Below, piece by piece: positions 9,468 through 19,440 of a DNA stretch of 64,000 nt. A program made the position numbers and the translations under genes. The stretch lies in NCBI GenBank assembly GCA_000434055.1, contig HF999647.1, forward strand, positions 48,251 to 112,250, in the 5' to 3' direction. The notes beneath the pieces were generated by a model, which saw only the letters and a list, made by a program, of their open reading frames with translations, was not told the origin of the DNA and did not search any database. Origin of the DNA: Ruminococcus sp. CAG:488. Lineage in GTDB: Bacteria; Bacillota; Clostridia; Oscillospirales; Acutalibacteraceae. The stretch's first letter is position 1. Every line of letters starts with the position of its first letter.

Positions 9468-9998
9468 ATGGATAAATTTATAATTGCACAGGTTTTCGGT
9501 TTTGCAGGTCTCGCCTGTTCCGTTTCCGCTTATCAATGTAAAAAGCATAAAAGCGTTATGCTTTTGAAAACTTCGAATGAGATGCTTTTTGCTTTTCAAT
9601 ATTTTTTTCTCGGCACTTATACCGGAATGGCGATGAATATAATCAGCTCAGTCAGAAATTTAACTTTTTCCTATCTTGTAAAGAAAGAAAAGAATACTCT
9701 CCCCTTCCAGATTTTATTTTGTATGGCATTTATTGTTTCCGGAATTTTTACATGGAAGAATTATCTTAGCCTGATTGTAATTTTTGCAAAGCTTTTGACA
9801 ACGGTTGTTTATGGAATGAAGAATACAAAATATCTTCGTTTTGCGACGGTTCCGACAAGCATTTTTTGGTTGATTTATAATTTCAGTTGCAAAGCTACAG
9901 CCGGAGTTATCTCTGAAATTTTTTCGCTGATTTCATTGATAAGCGCAATAATAAGAATTGATATTATAGGAGAAAAAAATAAAGCAGGTCAGCAATAA
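9468..9998 (+). CDS. Small polytopic inner-membrane protein (YgjV-like)
   Basis: 176 aa with 4 to 5 hydrophobic segments, a GGAG RBS and a terminator hairpin downstream. Confidence 0.45.
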   Translation: MDKFIIAQVFGFAGLACSVSAYQCKKHKSVMLLKTSNEMLFAFQYFFLGTYTGMAMNIISSVRNLTFSYLVKKEKNTLPFQILFCMAFIVSGIFTWKNYLSLIVIFAKLLTTVVYGMKNTKYLRFATVPTSIFWLIYNFSCKATAGVISEIFSLISLISAIIRIDIIGEKNKAGQQ

Positions 9999-10012
9999 CT
10001 GATCTGCTTTAT
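9969..10012. terminator. Bidirectional terminator hairpin
   Basis: Stem AAGCAGGTCAG, loop, CTGATCTGCTT, then a T-run. It lies between convergent genes. Confidence 0.45.
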
Positions 10013-10025
10013 TCATTTGTGATTT

Positions 10026-12089
10026 TTATAAGATTCCGAATAAGTATCTGAAAAACGAAATTATATTTTCATAAAAATTTCTGAAACCTGAAGTTGTTTT
10101 TTCGTCTTTTTTATCTTCAGTTTTTTCCTCTTGATTAGGTTCTTTTTCATCCGGAATGTCCTGTGATATTATACTGCTGTATTCACAGTAAACTGACGAA
10201 GTCTTAATACTCTCGTCTTGAGAAACGTTTGAAAGAAGCAATCCTGCCTGTTCTATAATTGCAAGGTCGTCTGTATTTATTACGCTGTCATGGTTACAGT
10301 CAGCAGCAAGTCTCATTGCCGGAGACGGAGTAAGCATACCGTTTATAATAAAAGAAAGTATTGTTGCATCACGACCGTCGTAAATTCCGTCACCGTTGAT
10401 ATCGCCGAATACTACAACCGTATAGGTTTTAAGAACATTTCCTGTTTTATCGTCAACAATTTTTATTTCATCACCGGTTTTAGCTTTTGAAATATCTTCA
10501 ATTTCAAAATGTGTTCCGTTCTTTAAACCTATTGATTTATTAACCGGATCGGAAATATTCTCAAGTATATTAAATCCATAAACCAAATCATTCTGTTTTG
10601 TAAATGAAAGAGGACCGGAATTCTTAACCAACTCTATATCAACTTTTATTTGTAATCCTGCATCAACGGTTGCCTGAGTAACATTTATTGTTCCAACCTT
10701 TGTTTCATAACCGTCTTTGACAACGGTATATGAATATTTACCTGCGGAAACAAGGAAATAATTTTCATTATTTATTGGATCAATAATATTGCCCTGCTCA
10801 TCTTTAAGAGTGAGAGTTGTATCGGAATAAGGAATATTAAACTGGAGTGTGCATTTAGTATACTCTGTTTTTGTTACAAGGAACGGCTGAACATAGCAGA
10901 TTCCGCCTTTACCGAGAATATAGATACGAACATATGAATTGATCTGATTCTCATAATCGTTAAGGTCGAATGTTATTGTATCATTATCGTTTGCAACGCT
11001 CTTTTCACCGATAACATTGCCGTCGGCAACGATTTTTACCGTGTGAGCATTATAAGGATTGATACTGATTTGATTCGTTTCGTTATCAACATTTACTCTG
11101 CTGACCATAGGAAACGGTCCCTGAGCCTCAAAACCGTCGCCGAGTTCCCAGTCATTCTTCGAAGTTTTTGAACATGCAAAGAATGTTCCGTTTTCCATAC
11201 TTGTACGGATATTTGCCTGAGTATTCTTAGGCATTATAAAATACTGAGCATTGTTTTCAACATCGCCGAAATCATGAGCGTCGTCCTCACAGAATCCCCA
11301 AATGTTTCTTCCCTGCGGAGCCGTGATCTTGAGTGTTTCATCATAAAGATATCGGTCATTGCGAGTTCTGTTATCCTTTGTATTAACAAGCTCCATACCG
11401 ATACATGCCGAGTAATTTAAGAAAAGCTTTGAAAACTTTGTTACAAACTCAGTATTATAAGTATTTATATCATGTCTGCCCTCTGTCCATTCGCCGACAT
11501 GGTTGATGTGACAGATACCGCCGGCAGCCTGACTCTTTTTTACCGCATCCTCAGGCCATTTTGCATCAAGCTCAAGGTCACCGTGACCGCAATCCGCATA
11601 ATAGCTGTTAACATGGCATTTTGTGGTTGATGCACCGTTAAGCTCAATACCGAGAGGAACCTCGGTCATACCGTCTCCGCCTCTGTCAGAACCTGTTGTA
11701 ATCTGCTTATATCTTTCTTCGGTCAGCTCATCAACATTGCCGTGTTTTCCGTACTGATAACCAAAGATCGCAAGTCTCTTTTGATCCTTTGTCCATGAAT
11801 AGTTGACTGTACCGTGATCGGTAAGTGCAAGAGCCTGAAAACCGAGAGAATAATATTTTTCAATCATATCGTTAAGCTCAATATCTCCGTCACTTCTTAC
11901 GGTATGAACATGGGTTGCACCTTTATATGCTTTCCATGTGTCCCAATCAATTGTTTCATAAGGATTTGAAATTGTAAAGTCGTATTGTCCAATCGTATCT
12001 CCTGTTGCTGCGAAAGCCTGGATTGTAAGTGCTGCAACGCTTGAAAGAACAAGGACGATACTCAAAAGAATTGATAAAACTTTTTTCAC
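10026..12089 (-). CDS. Secreted PHP-domain phosphoesterase, paralog 2, with a C-terminal type I dockerin (cellulosomal)
   Basis: GTG start with a GGAGGT RBS and a signal peptide. The N-terminal 420 aa are about 85% identical to paralog 1. Dockerin repeats are GDINGDGIYDGRD and DCNHDSVINTDD. Confidence 0.8.
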   Translation of the reverse strand: MKKVLSILLSIVLVLSSVAALTIQAFAATGDTIGQYDFTISNPYETIDWDTWKAYKGATHVHTVRSDGDIELNDMIEKYYSLGFQALALTDHGTVNYSWTKDQKRLAIFGYQYGKHGNVDELTEERYKQITTGSDRGGDGMTEVPLGIELNGASTTKCHVNSYYADCGHGDLELDAKWPEDAVKKSQAAGGICHINHVGEWTEGRHDINTYNTEFVTKFSKLFLNYSACIGMELVNTKDNRTRNDRYLYDETLKITAPQGRNIWGFCEDDAHDFGDVENNAQYFIMPKNTQANIRTSMENGTFFACSKTSKNDWELGDGFEAQGPFPMVSRVNVDNETNQISINPYNAHTVKIVADGNVIGEKSVANDNDTITFDLNDYENQINSYVRIYILGKGGICYVQPFLVTKTEYTKCTLQFNIPYSDTTLTLKDEQGNIIDPINNENYFLVSAGKYSYTVVKDGYETKVGTINVTQATVDAGLQIKVDIELVKNSGPLSFTKQNDLVYGFNILENISDPVNKSIGLKNGTHFEIEDISKAKTGDEIKIVDDKTGNVLKTYTVVVFGDINGDGIYDGRDATILSFIINGMLTPSPAMRLAADCNHDSVINTDDLAIIEQAGLLLSNVSQDESIKTSSVYCEYSSIISQDIPDEKEPNQEEKTEDKKDEKTTSGFRNFYENIISFFRYLFGIL

Positions 12090-12347
12090 GTTTGTACCTC
12101 CGAATTACAAAATATTCCTTATATAATATAACAAAAAAATTTGAATACGTCAACAATTCATTTGTTATGAATCTAACTTTTTACGTTTTATACAAATGAA
12201 ATTTTTGTTTTTTTACTTTTTATAAAATACATTGTGCAGTTTGACTATTTAATATTATTTTATATATCTTTTTTATACAATTCTAATTATATATTATCAC
12301 TAAATCTTCCAAAAGAAATGGTAAAATAGAAAGAAAGAGGTGATTTA

Positions 12348-13883
12348 ATGTTTTTTAAAAAGAGTATTTCGCTGTTGTTGACTGTTATAACATTTTGTTT
12401 TTCGTTTGTATATAATGTTTCGGCATTTGATAATGACAACGATGATTATAATTTTACAAACCTTATTGTCTTTGCAAAATTTAATGATGAAGAGGAATTT
12501 ATTGACCGTAATTACGGTGAAACCGTTAGAAAGATTACCGACAATTCATACAATACCGCCGAATATAATGTCTCTGATTATTTTTATTCTGTTTCTTCCG
12601 GTAAAGTTAAGATGAAAAGTTTATTTCTTTTCGATAATGGCGGTTCTTTAACGCTTAGCAGAAAAAGAGCTTACTATGCATCTCAAAGCGATGAAAATCC
12701 GGACGGTTATGCAAACAGCCGAGAGCAAGCCGAACGTCTGTATCAATTAAAAGAAGATTGGTCACAAGCAATAAATAATTTGGTAAAAAAAGAAATTACT
12801 GATTACGACGGAAAAGAAAAATATAATTTAGATGAGCTTGATAAAAATAACGATGGATACATTGATTTAATTACGATAATTTATAAGCCAACCGAACAAA
12901 CCAACATTTCCGTTGAATGGGCATCTCCTTTATGGAATTATCGTGATCAAACAAATCTTGTTGAAATTCAAACCGACAAGAAAACTATTCAAAGCCGTGC
13001 GTATGTTCAAATGACAAAGGATTATAAATATCTTTATACCGATACAAAGGGAAATAAAATAACTGCTATCGGTGTTAACTGTCACGAGACGGCTCATGCA
13101 TTCGGTCTTTACGATCTTTATCAGTCGTCGTATCAACCGGTCGGGTATATGTCAGCAATGGGTAAGCATACAACCGAGGTTGCGCAATTTATTTCAGTAA
13201 AAGAACGTGAAGCACTTGGTTGGATAAATAATAAGAATATTTATCACATTTTAAATGAAGGTGATTACACTTTAAAACCTGTAATTGACGGGCTCACCGA
13301 TAATGTAATCGGGTATAAAATGGATATCCCTGAAATAAATAAAACCTTGTATCTTGAATACAGAAGATTTGACGGAAAGGGGAGCAAATACGATTCACAA
13401 AAGAAAGAATTATTCCTTGCAAACGGGTCAAAAATCAAAGGGCTTTCTTTAAAAAGCGGATTGGTTTGCTATTTATTAAAAACCGGTATAAAATTTCCGA
13501 ATAATATGCAGTCAAGTGTTAATAATTGGAATTACAGTGTCGCGGGCGGTCAATATAATAATAAGCCCGATGCCGCAGTATCTCTCGGAGAAGAAATTGA
13601 AATAACAGACGGACTTTATATAAATGTTACAGAAATGACCGAGAATGAATTGACGTTTCATATAGAAGGAAATTTCTTCAATTCATCAAGCCTACCTTCT
13701 GTAAACGGAGTTGAAATTACAACTTTTCCGGATAAAATCTGTGTGGGAGAGAGCTATAATTTTAATGCAAATGTTTTAGGAAAAAATAATCCGCCTCAGA
13801 CGATTATTTGGAGCGTTGAAAACAATACCGATGATAAAACTACGATAGATGAAAAAGGAAAACTTTTTATCGGCGAAAATTAA
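12348..13883 (+). CDS. Secreted zinc metalloprotease (HExxH, M6/InhA-like) with a Big_2-like Ig domain, truncated by an in-frame TAA
   Basis: Signal peptide; HETAHAFGLYDLY zinc-binding motif. The ORF ends at TAA 13881..13883 in the middle of a Big_2-like domain. Confidence 0.6.
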   Translation: MFFKKSISLLLTVITFCFSFVYNVSAFDNDNDDYNFTNLIVFAKFNDEEEFIDRNYGETVRKITDNSYNTAEYNVSDYFYSVSSGKVKMKSLFLFDNGGSLTLSRKRAYYASQSDENPDGYANSREQAERLYQLKEDWSQAINNLVKKEITDYDGKEKYNLDELDKNNDGYIDLITIIYKPTEQTNISVEWASPLWNYRDQTNLVEIQTDKKTIQSRAYVQMTKDYKYLYTDTKGNKITAIGVNCHETAHAFGLYDLYQSSYQPVGYMSAMGKHTTEVAQFISVKEREALGWINNKNIYHILNEGDYTLKPVIDGLTDNVIGYKMDIPEINKTLYLEYRRFDGKGSKYDSQKKELFLANGSKIKGLSLKSGLVCYLLKTGIKFPNNMQSSVNNWNYSVAGGQYNNKPDAAVSLGEEIEITDGLYINVTEMTENELTFHIEGNFFNSSSLPSVNGVEITTFPDKICVGESYNFNANVLGKNNPPQTIIWSVENNTDDKTTIDEKGKLFIGEN

Positions 13884-14339
13884 AAATCAAATGAAATAAC
13901 AGTAATTGCATCATATGAAAATAAATTTTCAGACAAGAAAATTATTTCAGTTGAAAGAAAATCGCATGATTTTGAATATCATAAAGCCGTAAAAGCAACG
14001 TGTGAAACCGACGGCAATTTTGAATATTATCATTGCCGTGAATGCGGAAAGTATTTTGTTGATATGGGCGAAACATTTGAAGAAACCACAATTGAAAATA
14101 TGATTATAAAAAAGACAGGACATATTCCCGGAGAATGGAAAGTTGTTAAACCGGCAACCTCAGAAGAAAACGGAATTATGGAGCAAAGATGTGTAGGTTG
14201 CAATAAACTGATGGCTTCAAAAGAATACGGTTTTTATCCTGAAAACCCGAAAGAAAATGTAAAGTCTTTTCTTAGTAATTTTAAAAATCTTATAAAAAAG
14301 TTTTTTGAAATTATAAAAAATATTATAATTGGAAGATAA
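13884..14339 (+). pseudogene. In-frame continuation of the metalloprotease ORF (Big_2 remainder plus a Cys-rich C-terminal module with two CxxC pairs)
   Basis: Same reading frame as 12348..13883 with no further stop until 14339. Contains the CxxC pairs CRECGKYF and CVGCNKL. Confidence 0.5.
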
Positions 14340-14342
14340 AAA

Positions 14343-14372
14343 AATCGACACGACTTTTTGCCGTGTCGATTT
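14343..14372. terminator. Bidirectional intrinsic terminator between the metalloprotease (+) and fba (-)
   Basis: Perfect palindrome ATCGACACG, loop, CGTGTCGAT, flanked by A and T runs. Confidence 0.6.
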
Positions 14373-14387
14373 AAATTTATTATCTGA

Positions 14388-15332
14388 TTATGCCTTGCCT
14401 GCGCAGCCGAGAACTGTGTTGATCTTGTGCTCAACCATTCCCTCAATTGCGTCACGGGCCGGTCTGAGATACTGACGAGGATCAAAATCGCTCGGATGCT
14501 CAACAAAGTGCTTTCTGATAGCTGCGGTCATTGCAAGACGAAGGTCTGAGTCGATGTTGATCTTGCAAACTGCCATTGTTGCTGCCTGACGGAGCATATC
14601 CTCGGGGATACCGATAGCGTCCGGCATGTTTCCGCCGTACTTGTTGATTTCCTCAACAAACTCGGGGATAACAGAAGATGCACCGTGGAGAACGATTGGG
14701 AAACCGGGAAGTCTCTTTGATACTTCTTCAAGAATGTCAAAACGAAGCTGCGGCTTCTGACCGGGCTTAAACTTGTATGCACCGTGGCTTGTGCCGATAG
14801 CAATAGCAAGCGAATCAACACCTGTGCGCTTTACAAAATCCTCAACCTGATCGGGATTTGTATATGAAGCGTCTTCAGCGTTAACGTTGACTTCATCTTC
14901 AACTCCTGCGAGTTGGCCGAGCTCACCCTCAACAACAACACCGTGAGCGTGTGCATAGTCAACAACCTTCTTTGTAAGAGCAACGTTTTCCTCATAGGGA
15001 AGAGAAGAGCCGTCGATCATAACAGATGTAAATCCGCCGTCGATGCAAGCCTTGCAGGTCTCAAAATCCGGACCGTGGTCAAGGTGAAGGGCAATCGGAA
15101 GACCCGATTCCTCAACAGCAGCCTCAACGAGCTTTACAAGATAGAGGTGATTTGCATAAGCACGGGCACCCTTGGAAACCTGGAGAATAAGGGGAGCGTT
15201 GAGCTTCTTTCCTGCTGCAACGATGCCTTGAATGATTTCCATGTTGTTTACGTTGAAAGCGCCGACGGCATAGCCGCCTTCATAAGCGTCTTTGAACATT
15301 TTTGTGGTTGTTACAAGTGGCATAAAAAACAC
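14388..15332 (-). CDS. fba: Class II fructose-1,6-bisphosphate aldolase
   Basis: 314 aa; FbaA family, with conserved zinc-binding His (LHLDHG) and an N-terminus typical of the family. Confidence 0.9.
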   Translation of the reverse strand: MFFMPLVTTTKMFKDAYEGGYAVGAFNVNNMEIIQGIVAAGKKLNAPLILQVSKGARAYANHLYLVKLVEAAVEESGLPIALHLDHGPDFETCKACIDGGFTSVMIDGSSLPYEENVALTKKVVDYAHAHGVVVEGELGQLAGVEDEVNVNAEDASYTNPDQVEDFVKRTGVDSLAIAIGTSHGAYKFKPGQKPQLRFDILEEVSKRLPGFPIVLHGASSVIPEFVEEINKYGGNMPDAIGIPEDMLRQAATMAVCKINIDSDLRLAMTAAIRKHFVEHPSDFDPRQYLRPARDAIEGMVEHKINTVLGCAGKA

Positions 15333-15354
15333 TCCTTTGTTTTATTACAGGATA

Positions 15355-15382
15355 ATTATATCATTTTTATCCTTTTTGTCAA
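15355..15382 (-). promoter_or_regulatory. Sigma-A type promoter for fba (TTGACA, 16-bp spacer, TATAAT)
   Basis: On the minus strand the sequence reads TTGACAAAAAGGATAAAAATGATATAAT. Confidence 0.4.
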
Positions 15383-15445
15383 TGTGAAATTGATATAAAA
15401 TTAACGTTCTTCAAAAGGATTTAGAAACTGTTTATAAGACGTTAA

Positions 15446-16714
15446 TTATTTGATAATATCTGTACCCATATACGGAACAAGAACCTCGGGAATCGTAACT
15501 GTTCCGTCCTCATTCTGGTAGTTTTCGAGGATTGCTGCGGTGGTTCTTCCGATAGCTACACCCGAGCCGTTGAGAGTATGAACAAGCTGCGCCTTGCTCT
15601 TGGGGTCTTTTTTAAATCTAATAGCAGCACGTCGAGCCTGGAAGTCCTCAAAGTTGGAGCATGAGGAAATCTCAACATATCTGTTGTAGGACGGCATCCA
15701 AACTTCGATATCATATGTCTTTGCCGATGAGAAACCGATATCACCCGTTGAAAGACAAACAACACGATAAGGAAGACCGAGAAGCTGAAGAACTCTTTCT
15801 GCATCGTTCGTAAGCTTTTCAAGCTCATCATAAGAAGTTTCGGGGTCGACGAATTTAACAAGCTCAACCTTGTTGAACTGGTGCTGACGTATAAGACCTC
15901 TTGTATCACGGCCTGCAGAGCCCGCCTCCGCACGGAAGCAAGCCGAATAAGCACAATATTTAATCGGAAGCTTGCTGCCGTCGAGAATTTCATCTCTGTG
16001 CATATTCGTTACGGGAACCTCGGCTGTCGGAATAAGAAATAGATCGTCGGTTGTTTTGAAAGCATCGTCCTCAAATTTCGGAAGCTGACCGGTACCTGTC
16101 ATTGAAGCTCTGTTTACAAGGAACGGAGGAAGAATTTCCGTATAACCGTGCTCTGTATGGGTATTGAGGAAAAAGTTGATAATTGCTCTTTCAAGTTTTG
16201 CACCGAGGCCTTTATAGAAGTGAAAACGTGCGCCTGTAACTTTTGCGGCTGTTTCGGGATCAAGAATACCGAGATCAGCGCCGATATCCCAGTGTGCCTT
16301 GTATTCAAAATCGAACTTTCTCGGCTCGCCCCAACGACGAATTTCAACGTTTTCGCTGTCGTCCTTGCCAATCGGAACGCTCTTGTTAGGAATATTCGGA
16401 AATTCATAGATAAGCGATTTCTGCTTCGCATCAAGTTCGGCAATCTTAGCGTCGTCAGCTTTTATCTTTGATTTTATTTCGTTCATTCTCGCCATGATTT
16501 CAGAGATATCGCCGCCATCCTTCTTAATCTGAGGGATTTTCTTGCTTGCGGCGTTCTGCTCTTGCTTGAGAGCGTCGGTCGCCTTCATAAGCTCACGTCG
16601 CTTTGCATCAATATCGAGAATATCATCAACAACAGCGTCCATATCCTTATTTCTTGTTTTCATTGCCGCTTTGACCATTTCAGGGTTTTCACGAATAAGT
16701 TTGATGTCTAACAT
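15446..16714 (-). CDS. serS: Seryl-tRNA synthetase
   Basis: 422 aa with an N-terminal coiled coil ([14 protein letters not shown]) and a class II catalytic core. Confidence 0.92.
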   Translation of the reverse strand: MLDIKLIRENPEMVKAAMKTRNKDMDAVVDDILDIDAKRRELMKATDALKQEQNAASKKIPQIKKDGGDISEIMARMNEIKSKIKADDAKIAELDAKQKSLIYEFPNIPNKSVPIGKDDSENVEIRRWGEPRKFDFEYKAHWDIGADLGILDPETAAKVTGARFHFYKGLGAKLERAIINFFLNTHTEHGYTEILPPFLVNRASMTGTGQLPKFEDDAFKTTDDLFLIPTAEVPVTNMHRDEILDGSKLPIKYCAYSACFRAEAGSAGRDTRGLIRQHQFNKVELVKFVDPETSYDELEKLTNDAERVLQLLGLPYRVVCLSTGDIGFSSAKTYDIEVWMPSYNRYVEISSCSNFEDFQARRAAIRFKKDPKSKAQLVHTLNGSGVAIGRTTAAILENYQNEDGTVTIPEVLVPYMGTDIIK

Positions 16715-16732
16715 TTATATCACTCCAATTTA

Positions 16733-17593
16733 TTATTTACCGTAATTTTCGAGTTTCATTGCGAGACCTTCAAGATCGTCCTTGTCAAAAAATTCTATTT
16801 CAAGTACGCCTGCGTCCTGCTTTGCCTCTTTTATTTTAACCTTTCTGCCGAGGTTTTCAACCAAAGCAAGCTCAACCTCGCTGAAAAATTTATCTCTGAT
16901 CTGTTTTTTTGAAGCCTTCGGAACCTTTTTTGATTTTTTAACAAGAGTCTCAACGTCACGAACCGAAAGATCTTCTTTAATAATCATCTTTGCAGTTTGA
17001 AGAATCATATCGTCACTGTCAAATCCGAGCAAAGCCCTTGCATGACCGGGTGAGATAAGATTATTCTTTACCATTTCTTGCACTTCATTCGGAAGTTTGA
17101 GAAGTCGCAACGCGTTTGCAACTGCCGGACGGGATTTACCGACCTTTTCTGCCGCCTGCTCCTGCGTAATTTTAAGCTCGTCCATCATATACCGATAACC
17201 GAGAGCTTCTTCAAGCGGGTTGAGGTCCTCACGCTGGAGATTTTCAATCATCGCGATTTCTATTACTTCCTCATCGGTAAGATCTTTAATTACAACGGGG
17301 ACCTCTGTAAGGCCTGCGATTCTTGCCGCTCTCCAACGTCTTTCGCCTGCAACAAGCTGATAACTTCCGTTCGCAAGCGGACGAACAACAAGCGGCTGAA
17401 GAACCCCGTGCTGTTCTATGCTTTCGGCAAGTTCTGAAAGAGCTTTTTCATCAAAATCCTTACGAGGCTGATTGTGATTGGGCTCGATTTCCATAATTCT
17501 GAGCTTATTGACGGAGGAATTTATTTCTTCGACGGAGTTGTCGGCAAAAAGGGAGTCAAGTCCCCTACCCAATCCGCTTAATTTTTTTGCCAT
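16733..17593 (-). CDS. parB: Chromosome partitioning protein ParB (Spo0J)
   Basis: ParB box GERRWRAA and an HTH motif; 286 aa; immediately downstream of parA. Confidence 0.9.
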   Translation of the reverse strand: MAKKLSGLGRGLDSLFADNSVEEINSSVNKLRIMEIEPNHNQPRKDFDEKALSELAESIEQHGVLQPLVVRPLANGSYQLVAGERRWRAARIAGLTEVPVVIKDLTDEEVIEIAMIENLQREDLNPLEEALGYRYMMDELKITQEQAAEKVGKSRPAVANALRLLKLPNEVQEMVKNNLISPGHARALLGFDSDDMILQTAKMIIKEDLSVRDVETLVKKSKKVPKASKKQIRDKFFSEVELALVENLGRKVKIKEAKQDAGVLEIEFFDKDDLEGLAMKLENYGK

Positions 17594-17595
17594 AT

Positions 17596-18372
17596 TCAGG
17601 ATACCTCCTTACCGTTTTGTTTAAGAAATTCATCTGCGAGCGCATCATATGCCATTGCGCCCTTTGAATTCTTGTCATAATAATATATCGGCAGTCCATA
17701 GCTCGGAGCTTCGGAAAGCTTAACGTTTCTCGGAATTGCCGTGGCATATACTTTCTTCGGGAAAAATCGCTTTAATTCCCCTACTACCTGCTGAGTCAGA
17801 TTAAGCCGACCGTCATACATTGTTAAAAGAACGCCTTCCATATCAATATGCGGATTGTAAAGTCTTTTGACCTGACGAATGGTGGACATAAGCTGTGAAA
17901 GACCCTCAAGCGCATAATATTCGCATTGAATCGGAACTAAAACCGTATCTGCAGCACACAAAGCATTAAGCGTTATTAGTCCGAGCGACGGCGGACAGTC
18001 AAGAAAAATAAAATCAAAATCCGCTTTAATCGGTGCAACAGCATTTTTTATTTTGCTTTCACGGTGCTGCATATCAACAAGCTCAAGCTCTGCGCCTGCA
18101 AGGTTCATATTTGATGGCAAGACCCAAAGATTTTCAAACTTTGTTTTTATCATTGCTTTCTCAATCGCCAACGAATTAACTATAACATCATACGATGAGG
18201 TTTCAAGCTCTCTTTTGTTGATTCCGAGACCGCTTGAAGCGTTACCTTGAGGATCGATATCCATCAAAAGAACTTTTTGACCCTTATATGCAACGGAAGC
18301 CGCAAGATTGACGGTGGAAGTTGTTTTTCCGACTCCGCCCTTTTGGTTTACAACCGCTATTATTTTTGCCAT
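17596..18372 (-). CDS. parA: Chromosome partitioning ATPase ParA (Soj)
   Basis: Deviant Walker A motif KGGVGKTT; 258 aa. Confidence 0.9.
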   Translation of the reverse strand: MAKIIAVVNQKGGVGKTTSTVNLAASVAYKGQKVLLMDIDPQGNASSGLGINKRELETSSYDVIVNSLAIEKAMIKTKFENLWVLPSNMNLAGAELELVDMQHRESKIKNAVAPIKADFDFIFLDCPPSLGLITLNALCAADTVLVPIQCEYYALEGLSQLMSTIRQVKRLYNPHIDMEGVLLTMYDGRLNLTQQVVGELKRFFPKKVYATAIPRNVKLSEAPSYGLPIYYYDKNSKGAMAYDALADEFLKQNGKEVS

Positions 18373-18468
18373 ATATTCACTTCCTTGTATTCTCCATAAA
18401 TTAAATTATATCACAACTATATATAAAATAAAAGATTAAATTAAAATTTTCTTATGTTTTATCTTTCT

Positions 18469-18484
18469 TGTTTCACGTGAAACA
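18469..18484. promoter_or_regulatory. parS centromere site (perfect 16-bp palindrome TGTTTCACGTGAAACA)
   Basis: Exact match to the Firmicutes parS consensus, located in the noc-parA intergenic region. Confidence 0.85.
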
Positions 18485-18506
18485 AAAAAAGACGGGTCTC
18501 CCCGTC

Positions 18507-19334
18507 TCATTTGCAGTTCACATTTTCAGGTTTATTGATTTTTACAACATATTCTATATATTGGTCTGTCTCGTTCTTCGTTGCCGAAGCATTTATTCCG
18601 CTTTTTCTCATTGTACTGACTGCGTGATTAAGCGTGTTAATAAAGATACGAACATCCTTGAAAACCATTACTCTCTTGCCCTTTCGTTCTTTTTCTTCGG
18701 GCTCTTTGTTTAGCATTTCGGTAATCAACTGCTCCGAAGCGTTGACGGTCAGTCCCTGTTCGACTATTGTATCAAGGGCTTGCTCCATCATTGCTACCGT
18801 CGGCAGTCTCAATAAAGCGCGAGCATGACGCTCTGTAAGCCCGTAAAGCATAACGCTGTAACGAATTTCATCAGGCAAGCGTAGAATTCTCAGCTTGTTT
18901 GACAATGCCGATTGTGATTTTCCAAGTTTCCTTGCGATTTCTTCTTGGCTGAACCCGAAGCCTTTTATAAGACGTTCTATTGCCATTGCTTCCTCAAAAA
19001 AATGTAAATTTTCTCTTTGCAGGTTTTCAATTACTGCAAGTATCGCCGATTTTTCCTCATCAACATCTACAATAATTGACGGGATTGCGGATAGACCGGC
19101 CATTTTGCAGGCTCTGAGCCTGCGTTCACCCGAAATAAGCTCATATTTGCCGTTTTCCTTTTTTCTGACGGTGATCGGCTGTAACAATCCATTGTAATGA
19201 ATACTTTCGGCAAGGCCTTCAAGATCATCCCAATTAAAGCTCTTTCTCGGCTGATGTGGATTTGGTTGTATAAATCTTGCCGGCAACATAATTACTTCAT
19301 TGCTTTTCTTAAATTTAGTTTGGCTTTTAAGCAT
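18507..19334 (-). CDS. noc: ParB-family nucleoid occlusion protein (Noc-like); the true start is possibly at the internal Met near 19289
   Basis: ParB N-terminal domain (GERRLRAC), an HTH motif and a ParB-like C-terminus. It is the second ParB paralog, upstream of parA, as in the B. subtilis noc-soj-spo0J arrangement. Confidence 0.7.
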   Translation of the reverse strand: MLKSQTKFKKSNEVIMLPARFIQPNPHQPRKSFNWDDLEGLAESIHYNGLLQPITVRKKENGKYELISGERRLRACKMAGLSAIPSIIVDVDEEKSAILAVIENLQRENLHFFEEAMAIERLIKGFGFSQEEIARKLGKSQSALSNKLRILRLPDEIRYSVMLYGLTERHARALLRLPTVAMMEQALDTIVEQGLTVNASEQLITEMLNKEPEEKERKGKRVMVFKDVRIFINTLNHAVSTMRKSGINASATKNETDQYIEYVVKINKPENVNCK

Positions 19335-19440
19335 AGAAAAACCTCCTTATGCGTACCACAAAAATACTGTAACACGACAAAAGAAGGTTGTCCACTGTTT
19401 TTCATTGACTAAAAAGGCTGTATTTCACGCTGTTTTTCGT

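Noticed and set aside
16715-16732. Expected T-box leader upstream of serS
   Set aside because: Only 18 bp separate the serS start from the parB stop, so there is no room for a T-box. serS appears co-transcribed with parB here.
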